Origin: an uncultured Thermoplasmatales archaeon | GTDB taxonomy: Archaea; Thermoplasmatota; E2; DHVEG-1 | Length of the DNA: 64,000 nt | Assembly: GCA_964618505.1 (NCBI GenBank) | Contig: CAZUBH010000003.1 | Span: forward strand, 20,687-84,686 | Direction of reading: 5' to 3' | Part shown: positions 30,076-37,615 of the stretch, piece by piece | Position numbering within the stretch: position 1 is the first letter of the stretch | Layout of the letters: each line of letters starts with the position of its first letter | The notes under the pieces: generated by a model | Seen by the model: the letters and a program-made list of their open reading frames with translations, nothing else | The model's database searches: none | Told to the model about the DNA's origin: nothing | Program-made: the position numbers and the translations under genes

Positions 30076-31733
30076 TGGAACATATAACTATATTCATTTT
30101 GTTAACACCCTTAATCGCTGCGATTATTGTCGCAATCATGAATATATTGTCAAAAAAAGTTGTCATACAACAGATAATAACTGGTTTTAGTTTGATTGTA
30201 CCTTTTTATTTTTTATACGTCGTTTTTAAAACAGTTTCAAATGAAACTTTGTCATATGACATAGGAGGTTGGATTAAACCCTATGGCATCACTATGGTTA
30301 TCGATGAATTATCGTTCATTCTACTTTTTGTTACTGCAATACTTGGATTTTTGACATTTATCTATTCGCTAAAATATATTAAGAAAGAAAAGGGAAAATT
30401 TTATTTTTTCTTCTTGCTTTTAATGACAGGTTTGAATGGCATATTTTTATCAGGGGATATTTTTAATCTCTACATATTTTTTGATTTAACTATCATCTGT
30501 AGTTTTATCCTTATTACCTTTGGTGGAGATCGTTCATCATACAAAGGTTCAATCAAATATCTCATACTTGGAACGCTGGCCTCATTGTTTTTTTTACTAG
30601 CCATTGGTTTTATTTACGCTGAAACAGGTCTTTTAAACCTAGAATACCTTCAAAATAGTATTCCATTAATTAATATCCAGACACAAATCATAATTTTTAC
30701 TTTACTATTAGCTGCAATTGGCATAAAATCTGCGGTTATACCATTTCATACATGGCTTGTTGATGCACATTCAACAGCACCAATCCCAATCTCTGCATTG
30801 CTTTCAGGGATTATCGTTAAGGCGGGCGTGTATCTTTTCCTGAGGATCAGTTCATTTGGTTTTAATCTTTTAAATATAAAAGAAATTATCCTTGTTTTAG
30901 GAGCAGTAACCGCAGTAGGCGGGGTTTTCTATGCACTCATTCAATGGGATATAAAAAAAATTACTGCAAGTCATACGATTTCTCAAATAGGTATTGTTTT
31001 TATAGGTATTGGAGCGTTCTCAACTCTTGGTATAGCTGGGGGGTTACTACATCTAGTAAATCATGCCTTTTTCAAAGCATTGCTTTTTCTTTGTGCGGGA
31101 GCTATTATATACAAAACAGGCACTAAAGATATTCGGGAGCATAATATTGGCAGAAGTATGCCAATAACTCTTATCCTATACATTGTAGGAATACTAGCGA
31201 TTTCAGGTATAACTCCGTTTAATGGATCTGTTAGCAAACTAATTATTGAACAAGCAGTGAACAGCTATCCAATAATTTATTTCATGCTCATTATTACCGG
31301 GGTTGGGACAGTAGCAAGTTTTTTAAAAATAATATATTACTCATTTCTGAAAAACTCTGAAAAGGCGTCTAAAAATAAGAATTATGATGAAGCTCCGCTC
31401 TTCTTTCTTATACCAATGATTGCACTTGCCTTTTTATGTGTTTATATTGGCGTCATGCCGCATTTATGGTTAGATTCATTTATACTTCCTGCATCATATG
31501 CTCTTTCAAGCTTTACTGCGATTAATTTTTCTTTTTTTCAACCGATATATATTCTCAAAGAATGGATAATTGTTGCCGGCGGCGTTCTTGTTTTATTTCT
31601 TATTTTACGTGTTCCATCAAAAATTGATCTACTCAGAAACAAACTTTCAAAAATAGCTGTGAATCATTCTATCATATTTATGATTATAACGTTAATCATT
31701 ATTTTGTTAATGTTAGGTGCATTGAACAATTGA
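30072..31733 (+). CDS. mnhD: Na+/H+ antiporter subunit D (MbhH-like proton-conducting subunit)
   Basis: GDIFNLYIFF, PFHTWLVDAH..AP.PISALLSG, NHAFFKALLFL, PFNGSVSK. Confidence 0.9.
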   Translation: MMEHITIFILLTPLIAAIIVAIMNILSKKVVIQQIITGFSLIVPFYFLYVVFKTVSNETLSYDIGGWIKPYGITMVIDELSFILLFVTAILGFLTFIYSLKYIKKEKGKFYFFFLLLMTGLNGIFLSGDIFNLYIFFDLTIICSFILITFGGDRSSYKGSIKYLILGTLASLFFLLAIGFIYAETGLLNLEYLQNSIPLINIQTQIIIFTLLLAAIGIKSAVIPFHTWLVDAHSTAPIPISALLSGIIVKAGVYLFLRISSFGFNLLNIKEIILVLGAVTAVGGVFYALIQWDIKKITASHTISQIGIVFIGIGAFSTLGIAGGLLHLVNHAFFKALLFLCAGAIIYKTGTKDIREHNIGRSMPITLILYIVGILAISGITPFNGSVSKLIIEQAVNSYPIIYFMLIITGVGTVASFLKIIYYSFLKNSEKASKNKNYDEAPLFFLIPMIALAFLCVYIGVMPHLWLDSFILPASYALSSFTAINFSFFQPIYILKEWIIVAGGVLVLFLILRVPSKIDLLRNKLSKIAVNHSIIFMIITLIIILLMLGALNN

Positions 31734-31912
31734 TAGAACTAAAAAAAATTATTTTGATTATCATCCTAAAAAATGGACACATAAGAAATGAAATACTAAA
31801 AGATAAAAGTCTAAGTGAGAAGGCAGGTATAACAATCGAAGGCGATAATAAATGGCTTTCACTTATGAAAACTGCGATAAAACATAAGAACGCTAAAACA
31901 GAAGGGGTTTAG
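31730..31912 (+). pseudogene. Probable C-terminal remnant of an archaeal DDE-type (IS6/IS1-like) transposase
   Basis: KDKSLSEKAGITIEGDNKWLSLMK resembles the KTPAE.AGI.IEG.NKWL.L tail recalled for archaeal DDE integrase/transposases; no catalytic core. Confidence 0.5.
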
Positions 31913-31937
31913 GATGCACCCCACTAAATTTTACACA

Positions 31938-32411
31938 CTAAATTTGCCATACCGATATTTTACAGTACCTTAACAGTACATCCGAACGCAAAAATCTACC
32001 AAAGAAATCATCAATCTTTGATTTTTTCTCCTTAGAAGAAGAACCATAACCACGTTTTGATTTGGGGTTTATCCTACGACTACGAGGTTTATTTTTACCA
32101 AAGAACTGTTTTTTCTCACTTTTTGATATGTCTGTATTAAAAACTTGACATGCCTTTGAGAGTTCATGGTAATTAAGAATCCTTGATGGATCATGTTGCA
32201 TCATCTCTTTTAATGCAAGCTTGTTTTTATCTTCAAGAAAATAAATAGATCTATTCTTGTATTGAGCTCGTTTTATAGAAGGAAATGTCTTCTGAAGAAA
32301 ACGAAGACGATTACCATTCTTACCCGTATAAACATATCCATCTTGGATAAGTTGTTTAAGAAGTTCAAGATTTTTACCATGAATATATGGTTTAGAAATT
32401 TTTCTTGACAT
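31938..32411 (-). CDS. Basic hypothetical protein at the element left end, reading out through the TIR
   Basis: 157-aa Lys/Arg-rich ORF; RSDVL is encoded by the TIR and the stop lies outside the element; 5' end duplicated at 37516-37560. Confidence 0.7.
   Translation of the reverse strand: MSRKISKPYIHGKNLELLKQLIQDGYVYTGKNGNRLRFLQKTFPSIKRAQYKNRSIYFLEDKNKLALKEMMQHDPSRILNYHELSKACQVFNTDISKSEKKQFFGKNKPRSRRINPKSKRGYGSSSKEKKSKIDDFFGRFLRSDVLLRYCKISVWQI
31969..31973 (+). repeat. Target-site duplication, left copy (CTTAA)
   Basis: Identical 5-mer at 53033-53037, immediately outside the right TIR. Confidence 0.8.
31974..31988 (+). repeat. Left terminal inverted repeat CAGTACATCCGAACG
   Basis: 12/15 match to the reverse complement of 53018-53032; CAG terminus typical of the ISH3 family. 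Confidence 0.8.
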
Positions 32412-32428
32412 TATTTGATAGGTAAAAA
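32384..32428. repeat. 45-bp imperfect direct repeat, copy 1
   Basis: 42/45 identical to 37516-37560. Confidence 0.9.
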
Positions 32429-32463
32429 TATGATATAAAAAATCTGTGGTCAGGATTGTATTT

Positions 32464-33015
32464 TTATAAGAGTATAAACATTAAACCCATTATTATAAAT
32501 AAAATTCCACCTATTTTATTAATTAATTTCTTATTAATTCTTTTTGAAATAATTTTTCCAAAAAATATTGCAATTAATGAAAGTAATGTTAATGCAGTCA
32601 TTGCTCCAACAAAAACGAATATTCCATTATATTGAGTGGCAAAAATTGCAGAAGCAATCTGTGTTTTATCACCCCATTCAGTAAGCATTATTAAGAGAAA
32701 CGAGGCTATAAAGGGATTTCTTTGTTTCGTCTCTTTCTCTTCTTCACCATCTTTACTAATTAACATTAATATACCAACTATTAGGAAAACTATTGCTGAA
32801 ATTATTTTTAAAAAATTAAGTGGTATTATTGTTGTTATCCAAGTTCCAGCAAGAATTGCTACTCCATCTACTATTGCAAATGCAAGTATTGCCCCAATCA
32901 AAAGTTGTAAATGTTTTTTTGTTTTTGAAGACAAAAGTAATAATGAAATTTGTGTTTTATCTCCCAATTCTGCAGCTGCAATAGTAATTAATGGAATTAT
33001 TAAATCTTCAATGAT
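32464..33015 (-). CDS. TMEM165/GDT1 (UPF0016) Ca2+/Mn2+ transporter; apparent ATC start
   Basis: Two E-x-G-D-K-T motifs (AELGDKTQ, TEWGDKTQ); frame open to ATC at 33015 after a GGTGA SD. Confidence 0.85.
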   Translation of the reverse strand: MIEDLIIPLITIAAAELGDKTQISLLLLSSKTKKHLQLLIGAILAFAIVDGVAILAGTWITTIIPLNFLKIISAIVFLIVGILMLISKDGEEEKETKQRNPFIASFLLIMLTEWGDKTQIASAIFATQYNGIFVFVGAMTALTLLSLIAIFFGKIISKRINKKLINKIGGILFIIMGLMFILL

Positions 33016-33142
33016 TTTATATCACCACTCAATATCTTTTATAAATATTAATGAGTCAGTAAAAAAACTATTGTTTTTATTAAAAATATGAGATTTGAAC
33101 TCATTTTTTCTGGTAAAATAATAAGTTATTCACTTGTAAAGA

Positions 33143-34498
33143 CTACCAGAGATTAATGCCCCAAAACCTGATAGCCATTATTATTCCAATAGCAATAATT
33201 ATTATTCCAAATATCCTCTGCATCCATTTACCAGCTGTTACATATTTATTCCCAAGTTTACCACGAGCACCACTTGTAATGGCACATAATGGTATTATTG
33301 GTATTCCATGGCCAAGACCAAATACAAACAGTAGTAGTCCACCCATAATAATTGATACTTTTTGAGATAAGGTTAGAATAAATACTGGCATCATCAAACT
33401 CATTGCGCAAGGCGCCCATCCTATCGAGAATAGTATTCCTAAGAAGAATGCTCCAAGATATATTGATTTTTTACTTAGTTTTAAAAAAATATTTTTTCCT
33501 TTCTCCGTTACTTGTAAATTATTATTACTTTTATGTTTAATTTTTATCATTTCTTTTATTGGTTTAAAAACGTTAATGCCAAGTATTATGAGAATTATTC
33601 CTGAAATTAGGTAAAACATGGTTGATATTTCTAAAAATATTCCTATCGAGGTTAGTATTAATCCAAATATGAAAAATACAAATGCCATTCCAAGTGTAAA
33701 TACAACTCCTATCCATAAACCTTGAATTGAGTATTTTTTCATATTTTCTTTTTCATCTTTTTTCTGCAGAGAACCAACATATGAAATCATAGCAATAAGA
33801 AGTGCAACTGAACAAGGAGATAATGCAGTTAAAATTCCAAGGGCAAAAATTCCGATAAACGTTATACCTTCGTTGTATTCTCCACCTTTAAACTCAGTCC
33901 ATTCACCTGTTTTTATCTGTTGAATATCTTGGTTTAATGATTCAGCTGTTTGAATGCCATCGATTTTTCCTTTACCAAGAGTATAAATGTTATAAACGCC
34001 GACAATGCTCTGATTAGTATCAATTAAAATAATTGTTGGATTTGAAAAAGCACCGTTATAAGTCCAATACTCTTGATACAGGCTGACATATTGAAATGGT
34101 TCATAATCTTCAACCCAATTCCAGCTTATATTTATCCCATAAGTATTTTCTGCGATACTTTTACCTGTGGTTGAATAAGGATTTTTACGTATATTTAAAG
34201 TAATGATTTTAACATCTTCATTTGTCTTTGAAAGTTTTTCTAATTCCTGAAGTTGGTCTATCATTTCCTCCTCGCATTCGATGCAAAGAGGAGTTTCTAA
34301 GCCCGTGATATGAATAAGAGTAACAGCACCCTTGTAATCACTTAATGAAAACTCTACACTGTTTTCATCAACTGCTGTAAAGTCAGGTGCAGGTTTAATA
34401 TCAAGTTGACCTGTATTAAATAATGATGGGAAAAAAGCAAGAACTAATAAAAAAACAATGAAAACACCGATGACAGCAGCTAATATTTTTTTCATCAT
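33143..34498 (-). CDS. Redoxin (CxxC) fused to CcdA/DsbD transmembrane domain
   Basis: PAPDFT...LSDYKG, CIEC; LSPCS and WAPCA TM cysteines; FGLGHG. Confidence 0.88.
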   Translation of the reverse strand: MMKKILAAVIGVFIVFLLVLAFFPSLFNTGQLDIKPAPDFTAVDENSVEFSLSDYKGAVTLIHITGLETPLCIECEEEMIDQLQELEKLSKTNEDVKIITLNIRKNPYSTTGKSIAENTYGINISWNWVEDYEPFQYVSLYQEYWTYNGAFSNPTIILIDTNQSIVGVYNIYTLGKGKIDGIQTAESLNQDIQQIKTGEWTEFKGGEYNEGITFIGIFALGILTALSPCSVALLIAMISYVGSLQKKDEKENMKKYSIQGLWIGVVFTLGMAFVFFIFGLILTSIGIFLEISTMFYLISGIILIILGINVFKPIKEMIKIKHKSNNNLQVTEKGKNIFLKLSKKSIYLGAFFLGILFSIGWAPCAMSLMMPVFILTLSQKVSIIMGGLLLFVFGLGHGIPIIPLCAITSGARGKLGNKYVTAGKWMQRIFGIIIIAIGIIMAIRFWGINLW

Positions 34499-34506
34499 TT
34501 ATCACT

Positions 34507-35130
34507 TCAAGTATTTATGTTATGATAATAAATCGCATCTTTAATCCAAGTTTCCATCACAGAATCCTCAACATCAAGCTCCCAACTATGCCAACCAATC
34601 TTAATTTCACCATCATCTTCTACATATGTAAAAACACCTGTGAGAGCAATATAACCTGGCTCTCCATTAGGATCATAATAATAAGCCTCACTTGACATTT
34701 GTTGAATATTCTGTGGAGCATTATATACAGCATCTATATCATGAAACTTTACATAATCACTATATTTCTCTGCAAGAGAAATAACAAGGTCTCCTTGTTC
34801 TTTACAACCAAGACACCCTGTTCTATGAACTACAAATAAAACAGGATTATCATCTATATACTCTGTAACCCAAGAATAATGTTGAATAGTTTGTCCATAA
34901 TAATCACTACCTTCTGGAAATTCTATCCAAAAATCATCCTCGTCTGTTCCAAGGCTATGAACAGGCGTATAGTTTTCTAACCAATTTGAATCATTTGAAC
35001 CATTATCAGAATTATTTTCTGTATTGTTATCTGAATTATTGCTGGTGCAACCACTTAGAAACAATATAAGAAAAACGCTGAATAAAATCAATATCGATAT
35101 TTTACTTTTCATAATTATTCTCCGTTTCAT
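34507..35130 (-). CDS. Thioredoxin-like lipoprotein
   Basis: Lipobox LSGC, Asn/Ser linker, CLGC motif. Confidence 0.7.
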   Translation of the reverse strand: MKRRIIMKSKISILILFSVFLILFLSGCTSNNSDNNTENNSDNGSNDSNWLENYTPVHSLGTDEDDFWIEFPEGSDYYGQTIQHYSWVTEYIDDNPVLFVVHRTGCLGCKEQGDLVISLAEKYSDYVKFHDIDAVYNAPQNIQQMSSEAYYYDPNGEPGYIALTGVFTYVEDDGEIKIGWHSWELDVEDSVMETWIKDAIYYHNINT

Positions 35131-35518
35131 CCAAATTTAAGGTTTTATAAACAGCCTTTCGTATTAATTCCTCAGGGATTTCTTCATATGTCTTGTCATT
35201 ATATTGTATTGTTCTACAGTAAGTTTCATTTCCAGTTAAACAGGTGCAAGATGAGCAATAATTCTCTGAAACTTTTGCTCCAGAAAGAATGCTTTCAATA
35301 GTCTTGCCATTAATGAGTATAATATTTGACTGCTGGATTTCTTTCTCTGATAATTTTGTCTCAATGAACTTTATTTGAATCCCTTTTGTTTTCAGTTCTT
35401 TCTTTAAATCCGAGATTACTTGATTTAGAGATTTTCCTGTTTTTGAACATCTTAAGCAGGTGCCTTTATCTAAATCAAGATGTCTCCATTCAATATTTAG
35501 CATCTTCATATATACCAC
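35102..35518 (-). CDS. DUF2703-like protein
   Basis: IEW..L...TCLRCSKTG, SNIILING, CSSC...CRT...YEEIP. Confidence 0.8.
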   Translation of the reverse strand: MVYMKMLNIEWRHLDLDKGTCLRCSKTGKSLNQVISDLKKELKTKGIQIKFIETKLSEKEIQQSNIILINGKTIESILSGAKVSENYCSSCTCLTGNETYCRTIQYNDKTYEEIPEELIRKAVYKTLNLDETENNYEK

Positions 35519-35838
35519 TATTCAGGACAACATTTAACATTACTTTTCATCAACTCTTTATAATCAGAGAGAACATTATGCACCCAACAATCATCATTAC
35601 CTGCACTTTCACGAAATACAAGTGCCATAATATATGCAAGCTCTTTGAGTGTCGCACCTGCTTCAAGAGCACCTTTGAAATGTTTACGAACACAAGGAGC
35701 ACTGCGGCCTTTTATCGCAATTGCAAAGCAAATAAACTGATAAGTTTTTTCATCAATCAAAAGTTTCTGTTTATACAATTCATCAATTTTATCAAGTTCT
35801 TTTGCAAATTCTGGAAACCATTCCTCAAGTATTCTCAT
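35518..35838 (-). CDS. Carboxymuconolactone decarboxylase/AhpD-like protein
   Basis: IDEKTYQFI..AIA....PCV..H..GALEAGAT..EL. Confidence 0.82.
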   Translation of the reverse strand: MRILEEWFPEFAKELDKIDELYKQKLLIDEKTYQFICFAIAIKGRSAPCVRKHFKGALEAGATLKELAYIMALVFRESAGNDDCWVHNVLSDYKELMKSNVKCCPE

Positions 35839-35853
35839 AAATTTATCATCTCC

Positions 35854-36084
35854 TTATTTCAACAATTTTTTAATCTCATCAGGACTTGGGACATGACCAA
35901 CGATTTTTACCTCACCGTCTACAACTACTGCGGGTGTCATTATTACACCACGATTAACAATCTCCTGAAGATCCTCAATTTTTACAACTTCAACGTCTTT
36001 ACCAAGTTTGTCAACAACCTGCTTAACAATTTTCTCAGTTGCCTTGCATTTCGGACAACCTGTGCCTAAAATCTCAATTTTCAT
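35854..36084 (-). CDS. Small thioredoxin-like redox protein (MTH895/TM0996 family)
   Basis: LGTGCPKC, GVIMTPAVVVDG. Confidence 0.9.
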   Translation of the reverse strand: MKIEILGTGCPKCKATEKIVKQVVDKLGKDVEVVKIEDLQEIVNRGVIMTPAVVVDGEVKIVGHVPSPDEIKKLLK

Positions 36085-36090
36085 TTTTTA

Positions 36091-37206
36091 CTAACCTCCT
36101 ATCATACCATAAATAAAACCAACAATTGTAGCAACAATTATCACCAAAGCAAAATATACAAATGCTTTTTTCTTACCCATAACCTTTGTAATAACAATCA
36201 TATTGGGAAGGCTCAACGAAGGCCCTGCAAGCAACAATGCAAGAGCAGGACCACCACCCATCAAACCAACATTATAGCCAAATAAATCACCAACTATAGC
36301 AACCTCTAAAAGAGTTGGCATATACAAGATAGCACCAATAACTGATGCAAAGAAACATGAAAAAATATCATTACCACCAATATAAGGAGCAACAGCAACT
36401 CCAACAGCATTAGCAGGATCTGCACCAGGTATAAAATATGCAGCAACACCACCAATAATACCAACGATAAAAACACCAATAAGCAGGATAGGAAATATTT
36501 TTTTTGTAAGATTCCAAGTTTCTCTACCCCACTCTTTAACCTCACTACGAGTATAATAAAAAATAAGAAGACCCGAAACCAACAGTGTTAACATATAAAC
36601 AATAGCAAGCTTTGGAACCCAAGGAATATAATTACTACTCGCAGCCCCAATAACAAGAATAAGAACAAGAGAAACAAAAAACAAAAGCGAAATCCAAAGA
36701 GGACGCTTACCGTCTTCTTCGCCGGTTTGACCAGCAAACATAGTATTATTTTCATTCTTTTTCTCTGTTTCTTCTTTTCTAAAGATAAACGCCATTAACA
36801 ATCCAATAACGACAGCCATAAGAACAGCAGAAATTGCTCTTGCAAGACCAATATCATAACCCAGAACCTGAGCGGTAAGAACAATTGCAAGAACATTAAT
36901 TGCAGGGCCTGAGAAAAGAAAAGCAGATGCTGGACCAATACCTGCACCACGTTTATAAATACCAGTAAACAGTGGAAGAACCGTGCAGCTACATACCGCA
37001 AGAATAGCACCAGAAACAGAAGCAACAGAATAAGAAATATATTTCTTTGTATGAGCGCCGAAATATTTCAAAATACCTTGTTTAGAAACAAAAACAGCAA
37101 TAGCACCTGCTATAAAAAAAGCAGGAACAAGACAAGTAAGAACATGTGCAGAGAGATAATCCATCAATGCTTCAATACCTGCTATAAAAATATCAATAGG
37201 TGTCAT
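36091..37206 (-). CDS. DUF318/ArsP-family permease
   Basis: HVLTCLVPAFFIAGAI, AVCSCTVLPLF, FLFSGPAIN, TLLEV, LLAGPSLSLP. Confidence 0.9.
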   Translation of the reverse strand: MTPIDIFIAGIEALMDYLSAHVLTCLVPAFFIAGAIAVFVSKQGILKYFGAHTKKYISYSVASVSGAILAVCSCTVLPLFTGIYKRGAGIGPASAFLFSGPAINVLAIVLTAQVLGYDIGLARAISAVLMAVVIGLLMAFIFRKEETEKKNENNTMFAGQTGEEDGKRPLWISLLFFVSLVLILVIGAASSNYIPWVPKLAIVYMLTLLVSGLLIFYYTRSEVKEWGRETWNLTKKIFPILLIGVFIVGIIGGVAAYFIPGADPANAVGVAVAPYIGGNDIFSCFFASVIGAILYMPTLLEVAIVGDLFGYNVGLMGGGPALALLLAGPSLSLPNMIVITKVMGKKKAFVYFALVIIVATIVGFIYGMIGG

Positions 37207-37210
37207 AACT

Positions 37211-37468
37211 TCACTTCATTTTTTTAACTTGTTTAATTATCTTGAAAATATCATTATTAGATGCTTTTATCATGATTTTAGTTCCATCTTTGCGTTCATC
37301 AATAATCCCTGCATGTTTCATAACTTTCAGATGTTGAGAAACACAGGGTTGAGATTTTTTTGTATAGGGAATGATTTCACAAATGCATCTTTCGCCTTTT
37401 TCAATGCATTCTAAAATTTTTAGTCGAGTTGGATCGGCAAGTGCTTTGAAAACATTAACTTCATCCAT
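37211..37468 (-). CDS. ArsR/SmtB-family transcriptional regulator
   Basis: FKALADPTRLKIL, CICEI, SQPCVSQHL. Confidence 0.92.
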   Translation of the reverse strand: MDEVNVFKALADPTRLKILECIEKGERCICEIIPYTKKSQPCVSQHLKVMKHAGIIDERKDGTKIMIKASNNDIFKIIKQVKKMK

Positions 37469-37502
37469 ATTTAAATATAAGTAAATTCGAATATTTAAAT
37501 AT
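37467..37502. promoter_or_regulatory. Putative ArsR operator/promoter: two ATATTTAAATAT palindromes
   Basis: Perfect 12-bp palindrome at 37467-37478 and again at 37491-37502, at and just upstream of the arsR start codon. Confidence 0.55.
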
Positions 37503-37515
37503 TATCATATTTACG

Positions 37516-37560
37516 TATATGGTTTTGAAATTTTTCTTGCCATTATTTGAAAGGTAAAAA
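37516..37560. repeat. 45-bp imperfect direct repeat, copy 2 (stub MARKISKPYT*)
   Basis: 42/45 identical to 32384-32428. Confidence 0.9.
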
Positions 37561-37615
37561 AGTAGTATAAATAATTGATTAAGATTTTATATTGAAATCT
37601 ATTTAAGGTTTTACA

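Noticed and set aside
35386-36069. 227-aa plus-strand ORF
   Set aside because: Antisense shadow of three well-supported minus-strand genes.
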